From NCBI GenBank assembly GCA_026395595.1, contig JAPLYL010000003.1, positions 76,136 through 140,135 on the forward strand: 64,000 bases of DNA, written 5' to 3'. Each line of letters begins with the position of its first letter. Position 1 is the first letter of the stretch. Made by a program: the position numbers and the translations under genes. The DNA is from Candidatus Parcubacteria bacterium. GTDB taxonomy: Bacteria; Patescibacteriota; Minisyncoccia; Phycocordibacterales; CAIJYI01. This document shows, in pieces, positions 9,694 to 19,688 of the stretch. The notes beneath the pieces were generated by a model, which worked only from the letters and a program-made list of their open reading frames with translations, was not told where the DNA came from and made no database searches.

Positions 9694-10737
9694 ATGAGAG
9701 TATATTTAGATACCCGTGGCAGATTCACAATTGGCATTCCGGACCATTGGATTTGTCGAGAAGAAGATACCGCTAATGGAAATCCCGTTACGTTTGATTT
9801 AGGCGATAAATCAGATGATTATTTTCAGATAAGTTGTTTTTCCACGAACCAAGGTATCGTCTCAAAAGTAGGGCATCATTATGTGGAGAATAAGTATTCG
9901 GATTCCCCAATAGTTTTTTTGAGACGAGTCATTCATATAGCAGATATGGTAACGACGGTCTTTGAGGCAAAGGTGGAGGGTCATTTTATATTAGTCACTC
10001 ATATCACATCAAAAAAGCAGATCCATTCTAAAACCACTAAAAAACACCTCCATCAAATTGAGCGGACACTGGAAAAGCTTCGTGTCGTTAATCCGTCAAG
10101 TTGGGCGTACGTTTCGACACACGCAAAATATAATAGATTCATGGTTTCTTTACTTGCGGCTATCGATTTGACAAACAAGGCACAGGAAAACGGATCATCA
10201 ATCGAATTGGTTATTCTTTATGCAAATCAGATTGATGCACACCTTCGTTTGGCACTGATACTACAAGAGCAGTTACAAAATTCTACGGATAATATTGACG
10301 CCACCCTCATTTTTCAAGGAAAGACGGATAAGCCGATATTTGAAAAAGAAATATATGAACGCGCTTTAAATCAAGGGGTGATTGAAAAATCTTTATACGA
10401 AAGGCTAAAAAATTTGTATGAATTGAGAAACGGAGTAGTGCATAGGTACATTATCTCAGACCTGAAAACAAACGACATTGTAAAACTTGTTGTCGATTAT
10501 ATGGATATTCATGAAATACTTGGAAAAAAGCTTTCAGCGCTTGAACAAGAACAATTTGAGAAAAATATTGGTATTTATGGTGGCGGAAATAATCCTACAA
10601 ATCCAATTGAAATTACTCAGATGAGGGGGCTGTTGACAGAATTGAAAGAAAAGCACAATAATGCACAAATTATAAAAGAAATGACAATTAAGGTAGAGGC
10701 GAATAATTCGCGGTCTAGTAAACCTAATGAGAAATAA
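9694..10737 (+). CDS. Two-domain protein with C-terminal HEPN-like domain
   Basis: Helical C-terminal half with LYELRNGVVH (RxxxxH). Confidence 0.55.
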   Translation: MRVYLDTRGRFTIGIPDHWICREEDTANGNPVTFDLGDKSDDYFQISCFSTNQGIVSKVGHHYVENKYSDSPIVFLRRVIHIADMVTTVFEAKVEGHFILVTHITSKKQIHSKTTKKHLHQIERTLEKLRVVNPSSWAYVSTHAKYNRFMVSLLAAIDLTNKAQENGSSIELVILYANQIDAHLRLALILQEQLQNSTDNIDATLIFQGKTDKPIFEKEIYERALNQGVIEKSLYERLKNLYELRNGVVHRYIISDLKTNDIVKLVVDYMDIHEILGKKLSALEQEQFEKNIGIYGGGNNPTNPIEITQMRGLLTELKEKHNNAQIIKEMTIKVEANNSRSSKPNEK

Positions 10738-10760
10738 AGCGTGTCATATTTGTCGCTTTT

Positions 10761-11567
10761 ATGAATCCACAAAATAAATCGTTAAAAGAAGAATTTCTAA
10801 AGCTTAAAAATGAAGTTGAGCCTTATATTCAGAATGGTCGAGTAAAAGACAAGAGCCATTTACAAAGCTACTTATACTTTGCTTACTACCCACTATTTAG
10901 TTTCGTAGAGTCAATATTAATTCTTTGTGAGAGTGGAAAATTCCGTAGTGCCGAATCACTCTTACGGTCGCTTATCGAGCTGCATATAAACGTCATTTAC
11001 TACCAAGTAGCTGACTCTGATCGCAGGCTTGCTATTTCCGTGAAAAAAGATCTTGAGGAGAAAATAACCGGGATTAGAGGAATTAGAGAGCTAATACGAA
11101 AATATCCTAATCTGAAATCCGACAACCCTAAAGACTTATTCAGTAATGAATGGCTAAAGGAAGCTGAAGACTGGGCAGAAGAACGACGACAAGCTATTTT
11201 GCGGGGAAATCACCTAATCAAGGCCGATAATGATTTGAGTTTAAAGGATAAGGCAATTAAGTGTGACCAGGCGAAAATGAAAGATATTGAAGCTGGGCAC
11301 TTTGAGCGAATGTATCATATGATTTACCGTCAGCTCTCACCATCGACGCACTTAAACATTGGTGGCATACAAGGTTTTGTTGATCAGAAAGAAGGGGGTA
11401 ATTATTTATTTAGTGATGGAGGTCAAAAAGATTACTACTTAATGCAAGAAGCTATTGCAATTTGTGTGGCCTTAACCAAGGATCTTTATGAAAATGGAGT
11501 GATTGTTGCAAAACTTCCAGATACTATTGGTCGCCTTGAAAAACTTCTAACTCGGAATTTGAGATAG
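10761..11567 (+). CDS. DUF5677-like helical protein (HEPN-related)
   Basis: AESLLRSLIEL and YRQLSPSTH motifs. Confidence 0.55.
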   Translation: MNPQNKSLKEEFLKLKNEVEPYIQNGRVKDKSHLQSYLYFAYYPLFSFVESILILCESGKFRSAESLLRSLIELHINVIYYQVADSDRRLAISVKKDLEEKITGIRGIRELIRKYPNLKSDNPKDLFSNEWLKEAEDWAEERRQAILRGNHLIKADNDLSLKDKAIKCDQAKMKDIEAGHFERMYHMIYRQLSPSTHLNIGGIQGFVDQKEGGNYLFSDGGQKDYYLMQEAIAICVALTKDLYENGVIVAKLPDTIGRLEKLLTRNLR

Positions 11568-11649
11568 TCACGATTCTTTTTAATATCTCTTAATTTTCGG
11601 AATCGGGATTAGTCCCTAATCTTTGTGAAAGTATTGGTTAATTTCAACT

Positions 11650-12252
11650 ATGAACAAAAAACAAACAACAATCCTCGAAACTTTTAAAACAAACGTAGAT
11701 ATTGATACACTTCGTTGTGATGCTGATAAAATTGTCATTTCGCATGATACTTCTTATTTTATTTCATATCCGGAATTTATTAAATATTTCAGCGACATAA
11801 AACAGATTTCAAAACACAATGTTATTATCGGTATAAATTTTACCTACGGTTGGATGCCGACGATTTTCAATTTTCGGTCGAAAGATTTTGATAATGTGGT
11901 ATTAATTCTGAATAATGCTAAGAAGGGTATAGTTCCGCAAGTCCACGAGTTAGAGACGTTAAAAAAATGTTTTAATAATTCTCTTGTTGGGACATCAAAA
12001 CTTTTACATTTTATAAATCCCGAAATATTTGCAATCTGGGACAGCCGAGTGTATCGGTATTTAACAAATCATAGAGCTTATAATTATCACCTTAATAATT
12101 ATGAATCATATTTAGCTTATTTAGAATTTTGTAAATATATAACAAATCAGCCCGGTTTCGATTATATTCATAATTCTATCATTAAAAAAATGGGGAATGA
12201 AATAACAAAATATCGAACCGCAGAACTCGTTATGTTTTTATCTGTACAATAA
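11650..12252 (+). CDS. Hypothetical protein, HhH-glycosylase-like (DUF6308-like) motif
   Basis: TSKLLHFINPEIFAIWDSRV. Confidence 0.5.
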   Translation: MNKKQTTILETFKTNVDIDTLRCDADKIVISHDTSYFISYPEFIKYFSDIKQISKHNVIIGINFTYGWMPTIFNFRSKDFDNVVLILNNAKKGIVPQVHELETLKKCFNNSLVGTSKLLHFINPEIFAIWDSRVYRYLTNHRAYNYHLNNYESYLAYLEFCKYITNQPGFDYIHNSIIKKMGNEITKYRTAELVMFLSVQ

Positions 12253-12264
12253 GTATTTAAAAAT

Positions 12265-12447
12265 ATGAAAACACCTGAAACTTGTTTGTCCTGTAACAAA
12301 CTTTATTTAAAAAACCAGAATGATGTAGGAAAATTATGTTCAGAATGTGTATTGGATGAATCAATGCATGAATACCTGCAAGCATTGAGAAAGATTGAGC
12401 GCCGTTTGACTTTTGTTGAATGGTTGTTTGTTTTAGCAAAAGGTTAA
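12265..12447 (+). CDS. Small protein with two CxxC motifs
   Basis: CLSC...CSEC, 60 aa, closely follows the previous gene. Confidence 0.45.
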   Translation: MKTPETCLSCNKLYLKNQNDVGKLCSECVLDESMHEYLQALRKIERRLTFVEWLFVLAKG

Positions 12448-12504
12448 TTTTATGTGAAAAATTCGGGGCACGATTCTTTTTAAAACTTATGATATAATCA
12501 ATAA

Positions 12505-13257
12505 ATGGAAAAAATAAAAAAGCGACTTCCCGGACAATCTCTCGATGAAAAACTTCAAGATTTTGTTGATGAAAAACTTATTTTTTATCTTTTTTATATC
12601 ACTGTAATTGTGATTGTTATTATTGGAGAATGGGTCCGTTTCTTTTGGAAATTTGAACCGCACCCGGTGGTAATTTCGATTGTTGGTTTAATTGTAGTAA
12701 TTTATCTTGTAAACCAAATTTTTAATAATCTAAAGGATGTCAAAAAGTTAAAAAAGGGGAGAGACGGAGAAAGAGAAGTCGGTCAGTATCTTGAGGAAAT
12801 GCGGTCGACGGGTGCACTCATTTTTCACGATATCCTTGGGCCGAATTTCAATATAGATCATGTCATTGTGTCACCGCATGGAATTTTTACTGTAGAGACG
12901 AAAACCTGGAGTAAGCGAGCCAAAAATGAGTCAATAAAGTTTGATGGAAAACATTTAATCGTAAATGGATATTCTCCAGACAGAGATCCTCTTGCTCAAT
13001 CGCTCGCTCAATCTCAATGGTTGAAAAATCTCTTGAAAGAAAGTACTGGAAAAGAATTTATTGTGAACCCTGTAATCGTTTTCAATGGGTGGTTTGTAGA
13101 GTCAGAAACAACTCGTCAGGTTAAAGAATATGGAGTCTTAGTTTTAAATCCAAAAGCCTTGCCGTCATTTGTGAATAATAATTTTACTAACATGAGTAAT
13201 GAAGATTTGCATTTAATCGCCTATCATCTCGCTCGCCATATACAATCACCAATTTAA
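12505..13257 (+). CDS. NERD nuclease-related domain protein with two N-terminal TM helices
   Basis: GRDGEREV, NIDHVIVSPHGIFTVETK, PLAQ. Confidence 0.85.
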   Translation: MEKIKKRLPGQSLDEKLQDFVDEKLIFYLFYITVIVIVIIGEWVRFFWKFEPHPVVISIVGLIVVIYLVNQIFNNLKDVKKLKKGRDGEREVGQYLEEMRSTGALIFHDILGPNFNIDHVIVSPHGIFTVETKTWSKRAKNESIKFDGKHLIVNGYSPDRDPLAQSLAQSQWLKNLLKESTGKEFIVNPVIVFNGWFVESETTRQVKEYGVLVLNPKALPSFVNNNFTNMSNEDLHLIAYHLARHIQSPI

Positions 13258-13342
13258 CGGATTCATGAATTAAAGCTGCCCCCATTCCTTGCTAGCACGA
13301 GAACAATTTTAGAATAATATTTCTCGGTAGTATTTTAAATAT

Positions 13343-13993
13343 ATGAAATTATCTCTTCAAAAAACATTATTTTCTATTGCCTCAGAGATGCAGGTAAAAG
13401 GCGACCCTTCGCATGATTTTTCTCATGTTGAGAGAGTTTTACACTTGGCAGTAGATATTGCAAAAACAGTGAATGCTGATTTAGATATTGTTATTCCAGC
13501 CGCTTTATTTCACGATATTATTGTGTATAAAAAAGACAGCAAGGAAAGTAAAAATGAAGCGAACGAAAGTGCTGATGTTGCAGAAAAAGTACTACGAAGT
13601 ATGTCGGAATATCCAAACAAAAAGGTAGAGTCAGTAAAGACCTGTATAACTCAATGTTCCTTTTCAAAAGGCATCACGCCAACCCTCTTGGAAGCAAAGG
13701 TACTTCAAGATGCCGACCGATTGGAAGCGACAGGTGCTATTTCTATCATGCGAACATTTGCCTCTTGTGGTCAGATGGGGAGACCTTTTTACTCAAAAGA
13801 TGACCCGTTGTGCAAAAAAGAAGCGATACCTTTTCGTTCCGGTATTGATTTGTTCTATAACAGACTTCTTATCGTTGAGAGTATGATGCATACGAAATAT
13901 ACCAAAAAAATAGCAAGACAAAGAACAAAATTTCTTAAACAATTTCTTGCTCAGTTTGAAAAGGAATTGAAGGAATCGGGAATCATTGAATAA
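13343..13993 (+). CDS. HD-domain phosphohydrolase (YedJ-like)
   Basis: SHDFSHVERV, AALFHD, LQDADRLEATGA. Confidence 0.88.
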   Translation: MKLSLQKTLFSIASEMQVKGDPSHDFSHVERVLHLAVDIAKTVNADLDIVIPAALFHDIIVYKKDSKESKNEANESADVAEKVLRSMSEYPNKKVESVKTCITQCSFSKGITPTLLEAKVLQDADRLEATGAISIMRTFASCGQMGRPFYSKDDPLCKKEAIPFRSGIDLFYNRLLIVESMMHTKYTKKIARQRTKFLKQFLAQFEKELKESGIIE

Positions 13994-14015
13994 TATTATT
14001 CTAAACAAAAATAGC

Positions 14016-14118
14016 CGCCCGAGAGCCGTCGATGTGATATTCTTAAATTAAGTAAATCCGCCTTGCAGGGCTTGGTTTCGCACGGTTCCAGTCCGGGGAC
14101 GACAGCCAAATCGTGCTA
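14016..14118 (+). repeat. Degenerate tRNA-3'-like spacer, Gln array copy B
   Basis: GGTTC-CAG-TCC-GGGGACGA-CAGCCA-AATC-GTGCTA; same spacing as tRNA-Gln 3' end; long similarity to 18272-18396. Confidence 0.75.
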
Positions 14119-14189
14119 TGTTATTTCGCTCGAGATGCATCGATAAATAGAAAATAACATCAAAATGTCGTAGGTGATAAAATTCATAA

Positions 14190-16052
14190 ATGGGAAACGA
14201 ATCAAGCAAAACCTCTATTGAAGATTTGTTCGTCTCTCCAAAAGACGCGTCTTTTTATAACTATGTGCTGGTCTTGGTTCGACCCAAGGGTGTATCCCGA
14301 TTTGCCGACCCACTTTGGGTGGCATATAGCCAATTTCTCAGATCAGAAAAGTTCAAGCTTACGGAGGATTTACTGATTGAAACGCTTTCTCTCGTTTTTA
14401 ACCTTAGTGAACACAAAGCAAATAGGGAGTATCACCCATTTCCTTTTGGTAAGTCGCTTAGTGAAGGCAAGAGAGTCACTGTTGCCCTCCTCAAAAAGAA
14501 TGGGCAAGAGACGCTCGCGCAGGTAATTGAGGAGAACTTCCCTGAAGAAGCTACCTACGGACTAGAAGCATCAGCACCACTTTCAGACTTCCTGCAAGAG
14601 CTTACGAATCGTTATTTTCAGGCACGACTGGATTTCAATAAGACACCTGGAAGGCTTCTATATAAAATGCCTCATTTTGAGGTTTTCGAGGTGTTGAAGG
14701 ATGACACTTACGGTTTGTACGGATTCAATATGTACTTCTCTAACGGTTCACATGCTAACTACGAACGTACAGGAGAACGCACAACGGGAATCAATGTCCT
14801 TACTGACTATCCAATAAACTACAATGTCGGTCTAATAGATGACCTAAAACGAGAATGGAAAGTAGGAACCCAACGTGCCTATGAGGTAGGAATATCAGGA
14901 AGATACAACGATTGGGGAGAGTGGATGCCGCTTGTATATCCAGGCGACAACCACCAGATGTTTCTAACTGAAAGTGAACGAATAGCTGGAGACGATCATC
15001 AGGTTGCGGGAATACTCTTCTATATCATGTGTACTGGTCACCGAATCATAGAATTCGCTGTCAAAACCCCCATTGAACTTCCAAACAAGTATTTCTCGCT
15101 TGGAAGCAGAATGCACATGTATAAATGCGAACCACTCGACCAGACCAGCCATAGTGCGAGGGACTTTCATATTTATGACGGCCACTACGAACTTGATGAC
15201 TTAGACCCTAAGACCATAAGAAACGCAATTGCTTCAATCAATGTTGGCTTAAATCGAATGGCCTTTTCCTACGACTCTAGTGTTGATTGGTGCATCAAGT
15301 ATTCAATCTATAAAGAAGGAGGTCATTCAAAACCAACTCCCACCAATGAACAATTGGATGTGCTTAATTCGATGTTAGTAGACTTTCCAGACACAGAGGA
15401 TGCCATTGTATTGGATATCTGTATTGACTGGTTTCACCGTGGAGAACTTGCCCGACGTAAGAATGTATTTCTTGCTTTCCTGTCCTATTACATCGCATTA
15501 GAGAGTGTCGCAACAGCTATTGCTGATGGCGATGCTGACTTAGGTTTGGGATACGTCAAGGAAACAAAGGCCGAACGCAAAACCCGAGTTGTTTCTGAGA
15601 TACAGAAACTCCATGACGAACTCTATAATTCAGACCCACAGAAGTTTATTGAACGAGCCTATTTTGAACAGGTTGTCGGCTTAAAGGCCAAGACTCGAAA
15701 GGTCATGGAGTTGGTATTTGGTACTGACCATGCGTATGTAAAAACTTTATTTGAAAAAGTAGACGGCAAGGAATCTATATATGACTTACGAGGAGAACTT
15801 GCTCATGGGGGCATCACATTACTAGACTCTAGTCATCAAAAGAGGATTCGGGAACGACTTCCTGAACTCGCGGAGATAGTGAGGGAGTTTGTTAGGAAAA
15901 TAATTGTGAAGCCTGGTCAGGAACTTCCGCGATGGACAGGTGGAAGCACGTTCTCTGTGTTTCCAAGCGATCCAAGAGACATGATGATTTCCTCGGATAT
16001 GAGAATGTATGAAAGGCTCGACTGGAAAATTAAGCCAGAATGGTTCGATTAA
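14190..16052 (+). CDS. Large protein with C-terminal ApeA/HEPN-like domain
   Basis: AFLSYYIALES helix and IYDLRGELAHG (RxxxxH). Confidence 0.65.
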   Translation: MGNESSKTSIEDLFVSPKDASFYNYVLVLVRPKGVSRFADPLWVAYSQFLRSEKFKLTEDLLIETLSLVFNLSEHKANREYHPFPFGKSLSEGKRVTVALLKKNGQETLAQVIEENFPEEATYGLEASAPLSDFLQELTNRYFQARLDFNKTPGRLLYKMPHFEVFEVLKDDTYGLYGFNMYFSNGSHANYERTGERTTGINVLTDYPINYNVGLIDDLKREWKVGTQRAYEVGISGRYNDWGEWMPLVYPGDNHQMFLTESERIAGDDHQVAGILFYIMCTGHRIIEFAVKTPIELPNKYFSLGSRMHMYKCEPLDQTSHSARDFHIYDGHYELDDLDPKTIRNAIASINVGLNRMAFSYDSSVDWCIKYSIYKEGGHSKPTPTNEQLDVLNSMLVDFPDTEDAIVLDICIDWFHRGELARRKNVFLAFLSYYIALESVATAIADGDADLGLGYVKETKAERKTRVVSEIQKLHDELYNSDPQKFIERAYFEQVVGLKAKTRKVMELVFGTDHAYVKTLFEKVDGKESIYDLRGELAHGGITLLDSSHQKRIRERLPELAEIVREFVRKIIVKPGQELPRWTGGSTFSVFPSDPRDMMISSDMRMYERLDWKIKPEWFD

Positions 16053-16112
16053 TTCCTGGGTGCTCGAGACTCGTCGTTTTTGATTCTAGAAACTTACCAA
16101 ACTGACTAACCC

Positions 16113-16170
16113 AGGCTTGGTTCTATCCGGTTCTAACTCGAGACGGACAGCCGGTTTGAGCTAGCTCGAG
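16113..16170 (+). repeat. Degenerate tRNA-3'-like spacer, Gln array copy C
   Basis: AGGCTTGGTT...GGTTC-TAACTCGAGACGGA-CAGCCG-GTTT-GAGCTAGCTCGAG. Confidence 0.65.
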
Positions 16171-16208
16171 TCGTTTCTCTTACGCCTGTTCTGCAATATA
16201 ATAAATAG

Positions 16209-16944
16209 ATGGAAAACTATTCCGAATTTTCAGACTCCCGTTTGGTAGGGATTTATGACACATTAAACCCCTTTTCTGCGGATACTAAATTTTATATAGA
16301 ACTTGCAACCAGCCTCAATAATTGTTGATATCGGTTGTGGTACCGGATTGCTTGCCTCTGAATTAGCCAAACGGGGTCACAAAGTAATTGGCGTCGAACC
16401 TGAAAAGACAATGCTTGAAGTTGCACGCAATCGACCTAATGGTGAACTTGTTCATTGGATTGAAGGCGATGCAACAAAAGTTGGGCAAACAAACGCCGAC
16501 CTTGCGATTATGACCGGTCATGTGGCTCAAGTATTTCTTGATGATAAAAAATGGAGAGAAACATTAAAGGCTATATACAAATCATTACGTGCATGTGGTA
16601 CTATTGCTTTTGAAAGTCGCAACCCGGTTGTTAAACCATGGGCTTCGTGGGTACCTGAAACATCTCGTCGAGAAAAGGTTGACCCAGTGTTTGGTAAGGT
16701 TGTTGTTTGGAGTCAGTTGCGAGAACTCAAAGATAATCGAGCACGATATGAAATGCATTACCATTTTGAAAAAACAGGAGAAGACCTTGTGTCAGTAAAT
16801 GAGATTATATTCCGTTCACAAAATGAGATAACCAAATCATTAATCGATGTAGGTTTTTCAGTACAAAGTATTTATGGCAGTTGGGACAGGGGTCTCGTCA
16901 ATGAAAAAAGTTCTGAATTGATTTTTGTTGCAGTACGGAACTAA
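16209..16944 (+). pseudogene. Class I SAM methyltransferase with a frameshift near 16300-16320
   Basis: ATG 16209 frame gives MENYSEFSDSRLVGIYDTLNPFSADTKFYIELA then stops; VDIGCGTG motif continues in another frame. Confidence 0.75.
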
Positions 16945-17073
16945 TTATTAGCGCCCGAGACGAGGGAATAGTGTCAGACCCATTTGTTTTATAAAAAATA
17001 TGGTCTAATTAAAGAAATTCTAGACATTCACTCTATTCACAAACCCCACTTATCAAAACTAAAAAATACGCTC

Positions 17074-17163
17074 ATGAACCTCCGGAACTTTTTTATTGGG
17101 AGAGCCATCGGTTTTTTGGTTGTTCTCGTTATCGCCCTTTTTTGGTTTCTGTTGTTTAAGTAG
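17074..17163 (+). CDS. 29-aa single-TM peptide or truncated gene remnant
   Basis: MNLRNFFIGRAIGFLVVLVIALFWFLLFK*; below the ORF-track cutoff. Confidence 0.4.
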   Translation: MNLRNFFIGRAIGFLVVLVIALFWFLLFK

Positions 17164-17361
17164 GAAAGCGGAAATTCGGAAATTCAGGCTGTCACGATTT
17201 CTTCACAAAACTCTAGTCGGGCATTAAAAAATCAAAATGGCCCGCGATTTTTTGTGTGGTATTATGTCTGCATAAACGCGTAAAATTAAGACGAAACGGT
17301 GAAGATATCCAACATGGTACGACGCGCAATCGTTTATTATTTGAATAAATTTTTTATATCT

Positions 17362-18249
17362 ATGGACAAGGTACTTATTCGGATCCACGAAAATATGGAG
17401 TCGGTAAAAAGAATGTCTCAAGATGAAAATCCAATGGAATTCTGGTCGGCTCGCGATTTGATGCCGCTATTGGGTTATTCCACTTGGCGTCAGTTTTCTG
17501 AGTCCATTGAACGGGCAAAAAACGCATGTAAAACAAGTGATCAGGTTGTTGATAGCCACTTTTTGCCGGCGCCGGCAAAAAGTCATGGAGGTCGTCCACA
17601 AGAAGATTATTATCTCACTCGCTATGCCTGTTATCTTATTGCTCAAAACGGCGACCCGCGTAAACCAGAGATTGCACTCGCTCAAACATATTTTGCAACA
17701 CAGACGAGAAAACAAGAACTTTTAGAAAAAAGAGAATACGAAGATAAACGTTTGGAATCGCGCGCAAAACTCAAAGATACGGAAAAGAAAATTGAGGGGA
17801 CGGTCTATCAGAGGGGTATCCGACTTCCTGTTGAGTTTGCAACTTTTAAAAATAAACACATTGAAGCACTCTATGGCGAAATCACCGCCGGCGAATTGAA
17901 ACGAATCCGAAAAATTCCGGGAGGTCAGTCGCTTGCCGATTTTGACAGTAATGTGGAGTTGAAGGCAAAAGATTTTGCACTCGCTATGACCGACCACAAC
18001 ATAAAAGAGAAAAATATTTTCGGAAAAGAAGCGATGAATGCCGAGGTTGTTAAAAACAGCAAAGAAACCCGACAAGCATTGCTTAATCGCGGAATCAAGC
18101 CTGAACTAATAAAACCGGAAGAAGATTTGAAAGTCATAGCAATAAGACGAAAAAAAGAGGAGAACCAAATAAAACCTCAAGCAAAACCAAAACTCATTGA
18201 GGGGAAGAAGAAAAATAGTAATGGGGACAGCCACCACCATTCTTTTTAA
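17362..18249 (+). CDS. dinD: DNA damage-inducible protein D (Bro-N-like N terminus)
   Basis: EFWSARDLMPLLGY, LTRYACYLIAQNGDPRKPEIALAQTYFATQTR; start uncertain. Confidence 0.88.
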   Translation: MDKVLIRIHENMESVKRMSQDENPMEFWSARDLMPLLGYSTWRQFSESIERAKNACKTSDQVVDSHFLPAPAKSHGGRPQEDYYLTRYACYLIAQNGDPRKPEIALAQTYFATQTRKQELLEKREYEDKRLESRAKLKDTEKKIEGTVYQRGIRLPVEFATFKNKHIEALYGEITAGELKRIRKIPGGQSLADFDSNVELKAKDFALAMTDHNIKEKNIFGKEAMNAEVVKNSKETRQALLNRGIKPELIKPEEDLKVIAIRRKKEENQIKPQAKPKLIEGKKKNSNGDSHHHSF

Positions 18250-18271
18250 AAACCGCACATTAATTTTACCT

Positions 18272-18396
18272 CGCCCAAGAGCCGTCGTTGTGGTAATCTG
18301 ATATTAAGCCCTTCGGCTCGTTTTGCTCGCTCAGGATAAACAAATCCGCCTTGCAAGGCTTGGTTTCGCATGGTTCTGGTCCGAGGGCGACAGCGA
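18272..18396 (+). repeat. Degenerate tRNA-3'-like spacer, Gln array copy D, with a REP-like insert at about 18309-18340
   Basis: Shares CGCCC.AGAGCCGTCG.TGTG, AAATCCGCCTTGCA.GGCTTGGTTTCGCA.GGTTC and GACAGC with copy B. Confidence 0.8.
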
Positions 18397-18431
18397 GCTT
18401 GAGATAAGTTCGGAGTCCGAGAAGCATTAAA

Positions 18432-18990
18432 TCAACCACCCCGCCCCGAAGGGGACGGGGTATGAACAGAACATGGGTGTCAATTCCACAGCGTGGGCTG
18501 CGTGGTAATTCCCATCGTCTTTCCTTGGTTCTCGACATACTGCTTTACGGTATTCCAATTCCCCCGTTCGCTTACAGTGGCAAGGTAATATCCATCGCTC
18601 CAAAATTCACCTCCCCAAAGTTTTTTCCGCAATTCAGGAAATCGCTTGAACAATTCCCGAGCAGTTATACTCTTAAACATTCCTACGATTTGTGAACCCT
18701 TATATTTTGGATGAAAAGAACAGAGTATATGAATATGATTACCATCGGTGCCTACTTTCTCAAACTCAATTTCGTACCTCTCTTCTATTTCCTTAGCGAT
18801 TTCCAGAATTGCTCCTTTTATTTCCTCACTAAGTAATGACTTCCGATACTTTACCGGAAAGACGATATGGTAGTGCGTATCATATACGCAGTGATTGCTT
18901 CGAGTGACACCCATGTTGCTATTATATCAGAAAACCGAGGGTTTTCAGACTTTCCTACACGGTTCCCGCCCCAAGGGGCGGGGTAAGGGC
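18432..18990 (-). mobile_element. IS200/IS605-family insertion sequence, TnpA only
   Basis: Subterminal hairpins CCCCGCCCCGAAGGGGACGGGG (about 18439-18460) and CCCGCCCCAAGGGGCGGG (18965-18982) flank a Y1 transposase; no tnpB. Confidence 0.85.
18480..18914 (-). CDS. tnpA: IS200/IS605 HUH (Y1) transposase
   Basis: YHIVFPVKYR, HIH (HUH), FWSDGYY, catalytic YVENQ. Confidence 0.95.
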   Translation of the reverse strand: MGVTRSNHCVYDTHYHIVFPVKYRKSLLSEEIKGAILEIAKEIEERYEIEFEKVGTDGNHIHILCSFHPKYKGSQIVGMFKSITARELFKRFPELRKKLWGGEFWSDGYYLATVSERGNWNTVKQYVENQGKTMGITTQPTLWN

Positions 18991-19021
18991 TTCGCCAATT
19001 TAGTAATAATCTTTTATAAAT

Positions 19022-19558
19022 ATGGATGAACAATGGTACACAATAACTGGAGGAATCGATGTCAATACGGCGCATAACTTAATTACATATATCAATGGAC
19101 AGATTTATAGTTCCAATATTAAAAAATTAAAAATAATTATTTCATCAACTGGAGGAGATGTAGATTCGGCCATCCGAATTTACTCGTATCTAAAGGCATT
19201 ATCTATCGACATTGAAACAATCGCTTTTAGTCAAATTGATTCGGCCGCAAATATTATTTATGCAGCTGGCAGTAAACGTATCGCCATAAAGGGTTGCCGA
19301 TTTTTCCTACACGAAGGAACCTTTACCACAGGTACTCAGACAACGACTCTTCACAATCACGAAGAGGTACTTACTATCTTTAAAGAGTTACTAAAGAAAC
19401 ATACAAGTATTCTCTCAAAAGAAACTGGGAAAAAAGAAAAGGAGATCACCAAACTCTTAACAGAAAGTACAATTCTGACGGCAGAAAAAGCGAAGGAATT
19501 GGGATTAGTCCACGAGATTATGGAAAAGCTTCCACTTACAAAACAAACCCTAAGTTAG
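19022..19558 (+). CDS. ClpP-like protease
   Basis: ISSTGG, IDSAA (Ser), FFLHE (His), LTAEKAKELGLV; the usual Asp position appears to be Ser. Confidence 0.8.
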   Translation: MDEQWYTITGGIDVNTAHNLITYINGQIYSSNIKKLKIIISSTGGDVDSAIRIYSYLKALSIDIETIAFSQIDSAANIIYAAGSKRIAIKGCRFFLHEGTFTTGTQTTTLHNHEEVLTIFKELLKKHTSILSKETGKKEKEITKLLTESTILTAEKAKELGLVHEIMEKLPLTKQTLS

Positions 19559-19688
19559 CATCCCGAGGTGTGTCGAAATGTTGGTAATGGAGTCAGATCC
19601 GTTTTACGTTTTAACTTGTTGTAGTTAAGGATCCTCAGGCAAGAATTATTTTTACAATAACAAATAATAAAGAAGACGAAGTTTAAAT

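Noticed and set aside
14016-18396. Spacers B, C and D as functional tRNA genes
   Set aside because: No acceptor pairing, D arm or anticodon arm; only 3'-end geometry is retained.
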